A DNA stretch of 61,982 nucleotides, the filler included, from Hausera hauseri (lineage: Eukaryota), in NCBI GenBank assembly GCA_046269625.1. It is 10 parts of 10 records of this genome, joined end to end, with 100 filler letters (N's around TTAATTAATTAA, not from the genome) between each part and the next. Parts side by side here need not be neighbours in the genome. Positions count along the whole stretch, not along the records: positions 41,612 to 47,982 come from JBJURY010106765.1; positions 48,083 to 52,563 come from JBJURY010560118.1; positions 52,664 to 56,611 come from JBJURY010865852.1; positions 56,712 to 61,982 come from JBJURY010294502.1; 6 more parts are not named here. The stretch is one strand, 5' to 3'. Every line of letters begins with the position of its first letter. The first letter of the stretch is position 1. The notes beneath the pieces are model-generated. The model was not told the origin of the DNA. It did no database searches and saw nothing but the letters and a program-made list of their open reading frames with translations. This document shows, in pieces, positions 45,573-58,464 of the stretch. The position numbers were made by a program, and so were the translations under genes.

Positions 45573-47586
45573 CATTATGGTTTTAAGGTATGTAATTAAT
45601 TGAAAGTGATTGAAACCTTAAGCAAAAGCTGCTCAAACATTTCCCCGGAGGTCCAGATTTTTTGGGGGCTAGCAATGGCTCGATGTCCGGACCTTAAGAT
45701 GCATGCTTCAAGAAAGTTGAAACACTAAAACTAAAGAGTCCACGAAACATGTCTCGACTGACCACTTCTGGATCACAGTCTGTACTTAAGCAGCACAGCC
45801 ATAGTCACTGTCTATAAATGACATTGTATAATTTCATCTAATTTTTATCTTCTCCACTTCGTCACAAATTATTTATTCATGTCAATATTGTATAAAATAT
45901 TTCTCAATTTTTAATATCCTTCTATTACTTCTTTTTCCTCTTTAGGAAAAAATGATCCAAAAAATGAAGTAGCGATCCCCCACACTTTCCATGAAACTGA
46001 TGAATGATGTCTTGTGACATCACTGTCTGTTTACTGAATTCTTACAGTTATCTGAATACTTCGTTGTTTATGTAAATAAAACTGAAATACGACTACCTAA
46101 AATATCCAGTATCAGACCAAAATGTGAAGGTTTTTGTCTTGTTAGAAAGTTAGTCAAATCCTCTACTACTTAATAAAATACTTTCATCTTAAACATATAC
46201 GACTATGTATTTGATAACGTTTTGTCCTTTTCAGACATACAAAATGCATTTATCTGTGGGATTGGGCAAGTGTTTGCTTCTTCACAGTAGTTTCCCCAAA
46301 TTAAGTTGCATATTTCAGTTTTAACAAGTCATCTTATGACTGTAAGCTAACACATACAAATTAGAGGCAAAATGTATGCTTAATATTAACTTTCGAATCA
46401 GAGTTAGAAAAGTGTTAAACAGTTAAATAGCATTTACCATTGTCTTTCAATACATCATGCCAACAGTGAAAGATAATTTATTTTCTCACCAAAATCACTT
46501 TTCTGGCACTAAAAGACCATCAACAAAGCAAGCAGAGGCCCACGCGTTATGAGCAACAGAAAGACACACACTTTGGTACCATTCAGAAGGCAGACACAAT
46601 GAGTTTCTAAAAGCAATATTATACAATAGAAGGTCTTATTTTAGGGTATCAGTGCACCAATGTGAATGACACGAGTTGATGTTTTTTATATTTCTTTGTT
46701 ATCTGATAGTAAAAACTGAAAAGGATTGCTATACATATTTACAATACATTTTTCTTCTTCTGCTTGTTCCATCCCAACATCACTGAACGTCAGTTCTTCT
46801 GGATGAGCACTAACTAATAAGGGATGTTGCAGTCCTAAGAACTATAGAGGAGGGTAACTGAGCTTTTCTGCTGTCCCGGTGGTGCCTAGGACATGGACCG
46901 AGGTCATCCATGCTTTAGTGCAATGCTTTGCCTCGTAGAAGTTATCCACCACTCAACTGGTGATCATCCCGAGGATCCTGGATAGAAGATCTTCTCCGAC
47001 TATGCTTCGTCAGCCCTGGTACTGTGTATCAGGGTCGGCTATGGGTCGCCGCCACACAACACCTCCGCTCCCTAATACATTAATAATACATTAACATATA
47101 TTGTGGTAAACAGTTTTTTTTAAACACAACTGTTTAACGTAAAACAGCAGGACGCAGACATTGTGCACACCAGAATGAGACAGTGAAGCACCACCTGCTG
47201 TCTTGCTCCACACTACAGAATCTAATACGGACTCTACTACCTCACAACCCAAACATAGACAGTGTTTGGCCCACATCAGCTTATTAAAACTACACAGTAC
47301 CACATACTGGCATCAAAGTCTACAAGAGCTAACGCTCGATGACTGTGGATCAAAGACAAGACAAGACGACGTTATAAAGTTATTATTGCGACGTACAATT
47401 TACGTTTTTTTAACCTTTTCTAAGAATGTTGGTTTGTGTTGTGGATATGAAACGACATTTAATAATATTTGTTTATTTTTTATTTTATTTTAATTATTGC
47501 TGTACATATTTTTAAAAAAAGAATAGTATTTTTTATTTTATTTCGATATTTTTTAAACGTTTCATGTCTTTTCTTTTAAATTTCAG

Positions 47587-47806
47587 ATATGTTCCGTATC
47601 ATTTGGACCACGTGGCCTTTTCTGTATGCCACAAATAGACATCTGCTACTGTGACAGTATAGATGCTAACACACACTTAGCTCATTTCGTAATCAATTAT
47701 ACAGCAAAAGTAGAATACAGTGAGGGGAGAATTCGTGCAAAGTGGCAGAACCAGAACACAAGTATCTTATATTTTGTCAGTAGCTTTGCTCTTCCACATA
47801 TTTATG
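47587..47806 (+). CDS. Possible host coding exon, Cys-containing, unknown
   Basis: tttcag acceptor, gtgagt donor, open frame ICSVSFGPRGLFC..ALPHIY. Confidence 0.4.
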
Positions 47807-47851
47807 GTGAGTTACATCTTCAGTTTTTTTTTTTTTTTCGGAAATATTAAT

Positions 47852-47982
47852 TTGTTTGTTTGTTTGTTTGGCGTACGGACAGGTCCACCACGCAAGTTGC
47901 GGTTTCCTTCCCGAAGCACAGGTACTAGGCAAGTCACGAGGCTTATCCTAATGGGGTCCGATCCCATGCGTTGCACAGCCGT
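47852..47982 (-). mobile_element. Second copy of the (CAAA)n-tailed repeat, cut by gap
   Basis: GGACAGGTCCACC..GTTGCGGTTTCCTTCCCGAAGCAC..GTTGCACAGCCGT shared with 42420-42523. Confidence 0.75.
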
Positions 47983-48082
47983 NNNNNNNNNNNNNNNNNN
48001 NNNNNNNNNNNNNNNNNNNNNNNNNNTTAATTAATTAANNNNNNNNNNNNNNNNNNNNNNNNNNNNNNNNNNNNNNNNNNNN
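47983..48082. other. Artificial contig spacer
   Basis: N44-TTAATTAATTAA-N44. Confidence 0.98.
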
Positions 48083-49890
48083 CTGGTATTATTTTTTTAG
48101 TAACATCTTCAAAGATTTGCCTACTGGTACTATCAATTTACCATTCCTTTTTGATTGGAAGATTGGAGTGATATATTTTTTTATCTTCGGATTTTCCCAA
48201 ATATAGATATTCTCATAAACTTCTCATGGGAGTCTCTTCTTCGTAATACATTTATTTCGGTTATTTGTTGTTTAACTCCATCTGTGGAGTCCTTGTATGC
48301 TCGTCTGGTAGAATTTTGACTGCTTGCAGATGTAGACGGCTTTTCTCTATACTGTTTGAGTATGGGTTCTGCGTCTACTTCATTTATTTGATCTTCCGTT
48401 ATCCGGATCGGCTTTGCTTCTGTATCCGGTTTTGCAGCTTTGTTTTTCTTTTTGAACAGATATCCATAGAGAGGTATTTTCCTTTTGTTTACAGACATTA
48501 TGGTTTCGTTTTTCTTTTCTTGGGAATCGATTCCCTTCGTTTGATACTTGTGTGATTTCTGGTATCTTCAATTTTATTTGCGGTTCTATGTTTTTTGTAG
48601 AAGTCCCTGAGGTGGAGCTCGTATTGGATTTATCTTAGGTTTGTCATCGAATACCCTAGACTTGGGCCCTTGTATGGTTATTCGATAATTTGTTCGTTGG
48701 GTAGTTTCGATATTCCTGGGTGGAGAGTAAGGACGGAAATTCATTCTGTGTCTAAGGCGTAATTTTTCGGGGTTAGTGGAGCTGCATAGGTTTTGACTCG
48801 GATTGTCTGGGAGCCATTCATGGTCCCATTTTAATCCTGCGTTTATATCCCGCAAATATTGGGAACGTTGACTGGTGGTCAACAGATGACTTATTTTGAC
48901 ATGCTTCCCACTCATTGACTCGATCATCAACTTAAATCGGCCTTCAACGGTCGGCGGTAGGTATCCTTTTCTTTCCTTCAGGCTTTGTTCCGGTCGTCCC
49001 ATTTTTGTAGGGTGGGTTTCTATTTCGCGCATCTGTTATGTGGGTAACGGGTATTTTTAATTTTTCAACAATCAATTCTATCTGATATCCAACAAGGATA
49101 CAACCTTATAGGTAATGTGTTAATTCTAAGCGGACCAATTTGATATCCTTGCCGTATATTAGTTGTTCTTTCCTTACTCTTGTCACTTCCGCGTAAGTTT
49201 CTGTTATCCTTTTTCTTTGGCTGATTATTTTTGAGTAAATCTCGATGCCGCCGGCTTCTCGAACTGATACCTCAATCGGAATGTAGTTTCCGTCATCCCC
49301 TTCTCCGTAATTTAAGTCTATAATCTTAGTATTCCTTGCATCTTGTACCAGTCTAAAAGTGTAAATGTTTATCCTGATCTCTTTCAGTGTGTTTCTGTCT
49401 GAATTCTAATGAAGGTAATTGGACAGCTGGCGTCTCGTCAGTCACTTCAATCATTAGTTTCACCGGTAATGCCACTACCCGAAATTCCAATTCACAATCG
49501 TAATAGTGAAAGTTTTTGCTGTTGAGGAGAAAAGTGCTATACCGACTCTACCTTCCTTGGGAGAAATTCCAAGCTTGGTCTTTTAGCCGATAATAGATCT
49601 CTCCATCTGCTAATTGAATGAATATATTTTGACATTGATCGTATTCATATTGAACAAATTGTCGTAGGACATAAGCTCTCGCATCCTTGTCTTTTCTCAG
49701 TGCGTACAGACGTACGACTCTATTACCTTCCGTAGTGCCTTTAAGATTATTGGGGATTTCGCTGATTTTTCTGTACTCCACAAAGTTTCTTGCAGTTCAT
49801 TATTGATTTGTCTAAATACAGACTTGGATAAAGGAATCAATACTACGTCGCTCATTGTTGTTTCTGGTCGCCATTCGTATTCTTACCAAT
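48083..49890 (-). pseudogene. ORF3 (unknown domain, REX4-like exonuclease fold, basic linker, start of RING-bearing part), disrupted
   Basis: IIDLNYGEGDDGNYIPIEVSV..IYSKII..TYAEVT..ILVGYQ..REIETHP..LPPTVEGRF; end KYITPIFQSKRNGKLIVPVGKSLKMLLKK. Confidence 0.72.
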
Positions 49891-49987
49891 CTGAAAAACA
49901 AGAGATAAGGGTTAATCCTAAAAAAAGTATAGCTTTAAACCAAAACCAGTTCTTTGTTTGATGATAGAATAATCCGATCTGTAATTT

Positions 49988-51350
49988 TCAGGTTATTTTA
50001 TCATAGAGATACTTTTTGGGTTCCAATTCCCTTGTAGTTTTAAGACGCTTAAAATGACAATTTTTGACAATTAACCGAAAAGTCGCAATTAATATAATGA
50101 GAACAAACGTTGATAGTACGACAATTGATATGATCGGTAAAGCTGTTAATCCCGTTGGAGCTTGTGTGACGGTTGGAGTTGTGACCTCGTCGTCTATATT
50201 TTCATATATATGCAATTCTGCACGAATTTCGTCTAAAGTACGCAGTTTATTCTCTGCATATACTTGTACTATGTAATCTGATTGTGGTTTTAATAAATTG
50301 CATTTTGTCTGATAAGTGTTTTTAAGTAGTGTTACAATTTGATCATTATACGTTTTTTGGCAGCTTATGTGTATATCGTATTTTAATTTTTCTACAAAGA
50401 ACACAATTTTAGATCGACACGCCGAATACTTAATAGGTATAGTTTCCAATTCTCCATTAGGCGTACTGCCCGATGTAACGGTTCTCGCAACGGTACTAAC
50501 CCGAGTAGTTGGCTTTTTGGTTGTCATTTCTATTGAAATCTTCCCTATTCTATTCTCGGGTTAATAAGTTCGCAAATGTTTGCTCGGTTTATTTGGTTGT
50601 ACTTCATATAAGTCAAACTTTTTTGAATTCCTGGTTTATTGGTAGTTTACAACAAGGGTTTTGTACACCGGCATGAACAAAACAGTATTTTATTTTCGGA
50701 GTTTTCCGTTTACTGCTTCAAAAACAATACTGATTTCTTCATTATGGGTTAATTCTATTCGAGCATCTACTTGGATACATTGTTCACCATTATTTATTGA
50801 GATTCCTTTAATATTCTCGTCTAATAACCTTACGTTTTGGTCGGTGGATTGAAGCATTTCGTCGGGCTTTACTTCACATCGTTTGATCCAAGCAGGAATG
50901 ACCAGCTGAAGTGGGGATTTATTTCAATATGGACTTCTGCTGAGTCTGGTAAGTACAGGCGATAAGTGAGATTGTAAGTATGTCCAAAGTCTATACTGCA
51001 GCACTGGGTATATCTCCGTGTTCAAAATCACTTACTTCATTTACTGTTATGTCGTATAGAACAATCTGAAATTTCCCGAAATCGTGATGTTGTCTCTGAG
51101 TCTTAAATCCAACGCACACAGCGTCTGGCGAAAAGTAATGAACCTTCATTGACTAACAAAATAGTGTCTTCTCGTTTCTGGATTTCTTCGGCCGTTGGTT
51201 TCTTTACGGTTATAATAACTTTTGGCTTTGATGCGCCCTTCCGAATTTCATATACATTTAGCGTAGATTCTTCGTCCCACCATTGATTTTGTGTTCTTGG
51301 AATATAAGAAGCAATTAACGATAGTGCTAAACTATCTGAACGTATGACAT
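49988..51350 (-). pseudogene. Type I membrane protein with FN3-like repeats (copy H)
   Basis: LKPQSDYIVQVYAEN; TM IISIVVLSTFVLIILIATF; tail LYDKIT; collinear with 23246-24660. Confidence 0.75.
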
Positions 51351-52249
51351 CTGTCTAGCAATTATTGAAGAAGTTTTTATCTCGCGTTGGTGTAAATTGT
51401 AGCGTTTATTGGACAACACTTTGTACAGACACGACTTCTTTCTTTCCACTCTTGTTGATGTACACATAGTTGGTGTAACTCTGGTAACTTCGTACGGTCC
51501 TCTGCCTGTACGAGTCAATTTTAACGACGTACCTTTCTTGGCTACTGGATAATGTACATAAGTCCAATTTCCTTGTTCTAAATCATGCGGTTTCGTTTTT
51601 TTTATCATATTGCCTTTTAAACTGTTCTTGATATTTTTGGGATAAATTCTTGGCGATTTCCCAACATTTTTGTAGTCGCATCTGTAATACTTATGCAAAG
51701 TTTTGTTCTAAATCTTCGGGATTGACCGTGTACGGCGTCATTCCTAAGTCTGTATAACAGCTTCTCGTTCATACATAATGAAAAATGACGTAAATCTTGT
51801 TGCTTAATGTTGGGCGGTATTGCAAATTGAGTTCCTTCTAATAATTCTTCCCTATCTTTTTGGTCTCTAGCTACTACTGTTGATAATATGCGTATGACAG
51901 TTGCATTTATTCGTTCAACAATTCCATTAGACTGAGGGTGATACGCAGTAGTAGTCAACCGCTCGATTTCAAATATTTTGGTAATCTCAAACAGTTAGCT
52001 TGTAAAGTTTCTTCCTCGATTTGTTAATATTTGGTCTGGAGGTCCATATCGGCAAATCCTTCTTACTACGGCTTTGGCCAAAGTTTCTGCCTTCTGATCG
52101 ATTAACGCTATCAACTCGACAAAATGAGTTAGTCGATCAATACAAGTTGAGATATTGTTTTTGTTGGTCATAAGAAGCGGTCCTACGATATCCATTGACA
52201 TGGCTTGCATAGGTCTATTCGGCACGGCAATCGGTTTTAGCTCTGCCAT
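51350..52249 (-). pseudogene. pol: Integrase core and GPY/F motif, disrupted
   Basis: ORFs 51995-52249, 51617-51958, 51327-51698. Confidence 0.9.
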
Positions 52250-52252
52250 GTA

Positions 52253-52555
52253 GTTCTAATAGGGTGTGATTATATCAATTATGTATATATTGATGCTAAG
52301 ACTGGTCAACTTAGGAAATTTAATGGAGAACGATACGAGGAAGCAGTCTCACTGATTGAGGGTGCGATAATCCCACCACTTTCAGAGGTAATAGTATCCG
52401 GCAGAATAGACTGGAGATTACCAACAATGTCGATACATTTTGAGCCATTTCCACAAATAATGGACAAATACGACATTCTAGTAGCGTCACGAATTAGAAT
52501 AATAGATGGAAAAGTTTATTTGAGAAGTTGCAACACGGGAACAAATGGAAAATGA
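52253..52555 (+). pseudogene. Inverted pol fragment (protease end and PR-RT linker)
   Basis: Open frame VLIGCDYI..GAIIPPLSEVIVSGRI..ILVASRI on the opposite strand, abutting integrase. Confidence 0.55.
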
Positions 52556-52563
52556 TTAAGACG

Positions 52564-52663
52564 NNNNNNNNNNNNNNNNNNNNNNNNNNNNNNNNNNNNN
52601 NNNNNNNTTAATTAATTAANNNNNNNNNNNNNNNNNNNNNNNNNNNNNNNNNNNNNNNNNNNN
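52564..52663. other. Artificial contig spacer
   Basis: N44-TTAATTAATTAA-N44. Confidence 0.98.
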
Positions 52664-55475
52664 GTTGTAAAGCTTGAACTGGTCCTTCTCAAAGATGTCC
52701 TTGGAATTTGTCCGCAACTTCGTATCGATACATATGTGGGGTTGCAGCCAGTTGGACTGGCAGAAATGCAGGGTTCTATGGATCTTAGTAATGCGGAGTT
52801 TATTCCTGATCGCCTGCAAAGATTGATGTAATGGACTACATACCTCTCCCTACTATCCAGATGATAGAGAAGCTTTCTATGCTTTCCATGCGGAGGGGGC
52901 TTTCTCTCAGGGACGAAAGACAGCTGTTGATACCTTGTGTGGATAGAAGCCGGATATTCCATATCCATTTCCAATATATAGCCCACATCTTTACTGGGAT
53001 CCAGATCCAGTATAGGGATGTTTTCAGGATGCTCGACCCACTTGAAATTATCATATGGCAATGGGACGCTTATTGCCCATCCATACAAATTTTTGATATC
53101 CAGCTGTGATATATATGAGGATTCCTAGGATGGATCATACTGGGCCATATACTTGTTGTTGGCCTCGCTATACCGGTGAATAGCCTGGCATATTCCACCT
53201 CTAATGCCTCTCTCGATCATGAGGATCATGTCGTAATGCTTTATGATTTGCAGCCTGACACCTGTATATCTCAGCTTAGCTGCCCAATTCATCCCCGGAT
53301 CCGTAAAGAAATGAGCCGGATTTAATGCATGGCTGTTTATCGTAACATACCTGAAGCTCTTAAAGACATCCATGAGTAACAGCATGTCCATTTTGAGGTA
53401 TATGCCGCTGTATTCTCCTAATGTTCGGCATTGAAATGCATGCCAGACGTTTTGAATATGCTGATAGTCCTCATCATTGATATCGCAATCAGACAGGACA
53501 TTGCAAAAGTCCTTCTTGGACGGCAATGAGGTTTCATTTAGTGTTTCCCATGAAGTTATGTAGTCATAGAGAAACACGCTTTTCCTCTGGACGAGGTCAA
53601 ATGCAGTGGGAAAGAACCGCTTTGTCTTTTTGAGTTCTCCTGCAGGGAGGTTCTTCACTAAACTGTCAAGTAAAGAACACAGGAAACGGAAACTGTCTAT
53701 GAAGCGAAGCTTGATTTTCCCAACATGCTTGGTAAATGTGATGTATATTTCCTCAATATTAGGGACCACATCAATGTTTCCTTCAATGTTGTCCAATTCC
53801 CGAACAGTGAAATGGGAGTATTAGCCACTGAGATTATGGAACACTACAAGCACATATGTTGATGTTTTGCAACGTAGATTGCAGTTGTTGCACGCTGCGC
53901 TCCCATATTTGCCTGTAAAATGGCAATGTTCCCTGACTTTATGATTCTCGTTAGTGAATGATTTGGAGCACAAGTAGCATGCTGTTTCCTTGCGCCATTC
54001 TTCTTGCTGCTTCGACATGCTTAGTGTATCCTTATGCTGTTGCTGCATATCTCCAATCCTATAAGCCATATCTTCAAGTCGTTTCATGAAATGCGCTGCT
54101 GCTCCTGGACCCTTAAATAGATATGGTTCACTGTCCAGTCCTTTGGCATACATGCAATATGACGTGAGCTCATGATATTGGAATGTCGTTGTGCTGCTGT
54201 GTTGGAGATTAGGACTACAATTCTGAACTGGACGCAAAATAGTCTCAAAGTTGTAATAGATCACTATTGGGACCTTGATCTTCTTTTCGAACTCCTTGAA
54301 TTCAATGTAATCCTCCTTGGGAAATTCTGGCCTGATACAATAATTGTTGTTGCAGTACATCTTGTGCTCTTTCAGCTTTAATACAGTTACATCGCCGCTG
54401 AAATGGGACATGCATCGTTTACATATTTCTATTTGTCCATGATGTTTCGTAATTTGTGATCTCACTAGCCGCTCAAAGTCTTTGATCCAAACATAATGTT
54501 TCTTTTCTCCATCGTCTAGTAGGAGCAGATCCCTATAATCTTTTAATTCAGTATAGCATATCTGCAGGGAATAGAATTTATCATCCTCGTCTAATCCTAG
54601 GATATTGATGGACATGTTGTTGACTTTTCTAAATTTTTTGAATTCATATATGGATGTAGGGAACTTGATACATTGGAAGTCATAGTTGTGCTGCGCATCC
54701 TTATATAGCCAAACTCGTGAAGCATGATTTTGATCCGCTACGAGTTTTGACAGAATGGCATACATGAAACATATGTTGTCGTTATTGTAGGTATTAACAC
54801 GTGCTTTTTTATTAGCGATCCAATCAGGGAGCTGAATATATGAACTGCCCCACATGTAAGAGTACTTGTGAACATACAAAATCAATCTCTTGATGGTTTC
54901 CAGAGTCAATCCGCTCTTCTTATCCTGGCTTTCCCAGCTTCACGGATCAGCTTCTCGTGCGCCTCTTGCATCCATCCTGCTATATTGGTGTTTTCCAATA
55001 TGGGTCTATTTTTGGTCTTAAAGACCTTATTGGTTTCTTCGCCATCAACATTGATGTACGTGGCCTCCAGTTTCATATTTACCTTTAGGTCTTTGAGCTC
55101 AGCCATGTTGTCCTGAAGAATCCCCTCTGCCTCGTTCTTTGTTGTTTGACCAGTTACCTCAATAACATATGTGCGGAATTTTCTCTTTAATGCTGCCGCA
55201 TCAACTGACCGTTGCCTTTGGCTTTTTGATGGAGCCGGTGCGTCTGATGTGGTCTTGCCTGATGTGGCTGCGCCTAATGCTGCTGCGCATGATGCGGCTG
55301 CGCGTTTCAGTTCTCTAATATGATTCGCAGCTGCTGCAGCAGATCCAGCAGCATAATGCGAGGAAGAATACTGCGAAGCATCATACTGCGAAGCAAATGC
55401 ATCAAAATTATGTTGCTTATTAAAGATGGCCTTAAAGATGCTCATTAAAGATGACTTTGATGCGAAGTGACTCAA
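52664..55475 (-). pseudogene. Maverick/Polinton protein-primed DNA polymerase B, disrupted
   Basis: GSSYIQLP, NICFMYAIL, HYVWIKD, VREHCHFTGKY..CNNCN, FHNLSG, RFIDSFRFL, IERGIRGG, NLYGWA, GYILEMDMEYP, FEKDQFKLYN. Confidence 0.93.
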
Positions 55476-56611
55476 ATGATGTTTGTGATTACAATAGAAC
55501 TGTATGTAATCTGCGCCGCATACCGTCTAACATCCTGGGCATATATAATAGAGGATCCTATTGAATTTGTATCCATAATAGATCCTCATGGCATTATGAT
55601 AATTTTGAGGATTGTGTATTGCACATGTGAACTGCATCTTTGATTTTGCTTAGGCATGGAAGTCATTATTGGCATAGTGATATTGAATATTTGTTTTTTC
55701 GACTTGGTGAAGGGAATCAGGTGTTGTTTATGAGCAATGTAAGTCTTTATATTTGGTCTGGCACACTACCTCACATGTAGGGCATATATAATACTCAGCC
55801 CTGTTGTATAGATGTCTGAAATATTTCTGTATAACGTTGTGGCAATTTCCAGGCTCGTGGATTTGAGCCTAGCACTGTTTGTATAGATTGCACATCTAAA
55901 AATCCGCCAATTATTTGAGGAGCACAAATAAAAATCTCACCATTGGTGGAAGTGATTTTGTAAATAATGAAACATGTAGCCATATCAACTCATACTGCCT
56001 CATTTATGGATTTCTTAAATTTTCGAACATTCTAGAACACTTTGTTTTAATGCATCAAATAAACTAAATGCACTTGAGGCCAAAAAGGTTTTCATACATG
56101 GGCAATCAAATGGAGTGATCATGTTGTTACAATAATGCATGCTTGACCGAATATTGCCAAATTTTTCAATGTTTCTTCATTTCGAGACACTTGTAAATAT
56201 TTTGCACATCAAATTTTTGGTCTGTAAAGGTTTTCGGACATGGGGAATCCGATGGTACTACTCGAATATTCGAATTCCATCGAAAAAGCGGCTTTCTTAT
56301 TTAAGCCTCCTTTTGAATATCTGACGTCATATTCGGATACAACGCATGTTAGTTTCTATGTGTGTACGCTTTTACATCTTTCGATTTCCAGTTGCTTGTG
56401 TGCTAAAATCAACTTTATAGGTTTTATCGGAAATCCGATATTATTGATTAAAGCACACTTGCACATGTGCTACACATCTGAAAAGTGCTATGTAGATGCA
56501 CTAAGACATTGGGAATCGACTGCCGCTGTTAGATTTCTCAAAAAATTTATGTTTGTCAAGATATTCGATACTATTCGGTGAAAATTGATATTTATTCGAG
56601 TTGTGCACCGA

Positions 56612-56711
56612 NNNNNNNNNNNNNNNNNNNNNNNNNNNNNNNNNNNNNNNNNNNNTTAATTAATTAANNNNNNNNNNNNNNNNNNNNNNNNNNNNNNNNN
56701 NNNNNNNNNNN
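56612..56711. other. Artificial contig spacer
   Basis: N44-TTAATTAATTAA-N44. Confidence 0.98.
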
Positions 56712-57155
56712 TTTTGATTGTATTTCTTAGTTTTTCTTATCTTATTGTATCCTGAGATATTTTGTAATTTATTGACGATCATTAAACCGTGTTTGTTAAA
56801 TCACGCTTTTGATTTTCGATAAACAAATACGTTTTGTAATGATGTTATTATTAGAAAACAAAACTAAGACCCACTTTTCTTTTACGATCATAAACAACCG
56901 TAGAACCACAAAATTTTATAACTAGAGGGACGACACTAGTGTTCCTCCTAATGTTCGAATTCACTAAGAATAAATAATCTATTAGGCAGACCCACAGACG
57001 GCTTCTAAGATTGAATAAAAATTCCTCTTGGCTTAAGTGAAGGAAGAACCTCAAATCATATATATGGATTTAAATAAGTATAAGTTTGAGGTTGAGAAAC
57101 CCAAACTTTTCTAAACTTTTTAAAATTATCACGTGTCTAACATAAAATCTTAACA
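56712..57155 (+). repeat. Probable 5' LTR (3' part)
   Basis: Ends TTAACA immediately before a TGG PBS-like site; AATAAA motifs; upstream of gag. Confidence 0.55.
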
Positions 57156-57156
57156 C

Positions 57157-57168
57157 TGGTTCCCCGAG
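57157..57168 (+). promoter_or_regulatory. Primer binding site (tRNA-Asp/Glu-like)
   Basis: TGGTTCCCCGAG one base after LTR-like CA end. Confidence 0.55.
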
Positions 57169-57243
57169 TAAGGAGGCACGCTGGCGTCGTATTCTTTACT
57201 CAATAAACGTAATGCACACGCTATAAATAATACGACTGAAAAT

Positions 57244-58000
57244 ATGGATTCAGCAAGAAGCCCATCCGCTTCTGAATCAGATACAGAAGAACAACAGAAT
57301 CCAAAAATATCTATCTCAAAGCCACGTGTCAGCTTTGGTATCAACCAAAGAGGCACGATGGATTTACCAATGGATAAATTTGAAGAAAAACAAGATAGAA
57401 AAGTTTTAGTTTGACACACGAGCTAAGGATGAAGCGTCTCCAAATTCATCTTAGAGGAATAGCACTTAGTGCTTATACGCAAGTTGATGAAGATGAAAAA
57501 CTGGTTGAAATAGTCTTAAGTAGTCAGTCAGGAAAGGATCGTATTGGAAAATTTAACAGGAGACAACAAAGAAAAGGCGAAACTGTGCAAGAATATGCAT
57601 GTACCCTTCAGAAGTTGACTGTAATAGTCAACGCAGATGAAGACATAAAAGAAGACACCTCCCTAACTCAGTTCTATTACGGAGTTACTAGACGAATTCA
57701 AAATTATATCATTTTTGCTGACTATGACAAGTACATAGAAGCTGTCAATCAGGCGAGTAAAATTGATGTAAATTACGAAAAGCTTGAAAATACAAAGAAG
57801 TTTCACAGAAATGATAACAAAAGGTGAAAATTTTTTAACAGAAGAAGGTCACTTTTCCGGAAGGTCATTTTTCAATCACAGAATCAACCTCAAAAATCTG
57901 CAATGAGGAAACCTCCGGTCAATAATGTTGGACAACCATTATGTTTCGCATGTTTAGAATATGGACACATGGCCCGCTACTGCCTCAGTTAAGGACAGTC
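57244..58000 (+). pseudogene. gag: Gypsy-type gag with CCHC zinc knuckle, disrupted
   Basis: RQQRKGETVQEY capsid motif; GQPLCFACLEYGHMARYC near 57930-57985. Confidence 0.85.
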
Positions 58001-58464
58001 GATATGAAAGAAGAAGAATGTCGATAAAATCGGTAATATATCTGACAAAGATCATGAGCTCGAGAATACAGATACGGAGACTTAGGATGCAATAGAAAAT
58101 CACCAATAGAAGATCAGAGCCAAACTGAAGGGAAGTCAAACAAATACAAATGATGATGAAAATAAAATAGCTAAATTAAAACAGCTGAACATCGAACTAA
58201 AAGAGCAATAAATTTGTGAAGAAAGGCACAAGATGAACAATGAAAGTTTGGTAACTGCTCCAGTAGGTAAGACTAAAAACTTTTGCGTCAGAAACAGATA
58301 CGGAAAAGAAAAATTTGAAAAAGGAAAACTCTTGATAGAAGAGGAGGATTTAAAGAATCCTGAGTCAGATTTATCTTACGAAAGTGAAGAAAGTAAAAAA
58401 AGTGAAAGTAGTGAGCAAAGTAAAAAGATAAATAAATAAAGAGAGAGAAACTTCACCTATAGAT

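Larger units (their letters stand above)
48083..52249 (-). mobile_element. Gypsy-type retroelement with accessory ORFs, copy H
   Basis: IN (SMDIVGPL, YHPQSNGIVERIN, GRGPYEV) followed by ORFs collinear with contig C. Confidence 0.9.

Noticed and set aside
46990-47075. Hammerhead or HDV-like ribozyme (minus strand hairpin followed by CTGACGA)
   Set aside because: No stem II-GAAA or NUH cleavage triplet in the right places; left as an unclassified GC-rich repeat.
27422-56611. Treating the capsid module (D) and pPolB (I) as one Maverick
   Set aside because: They are on separate contigs and a second distinct pPolB exists in J; linkage cannot be shown.
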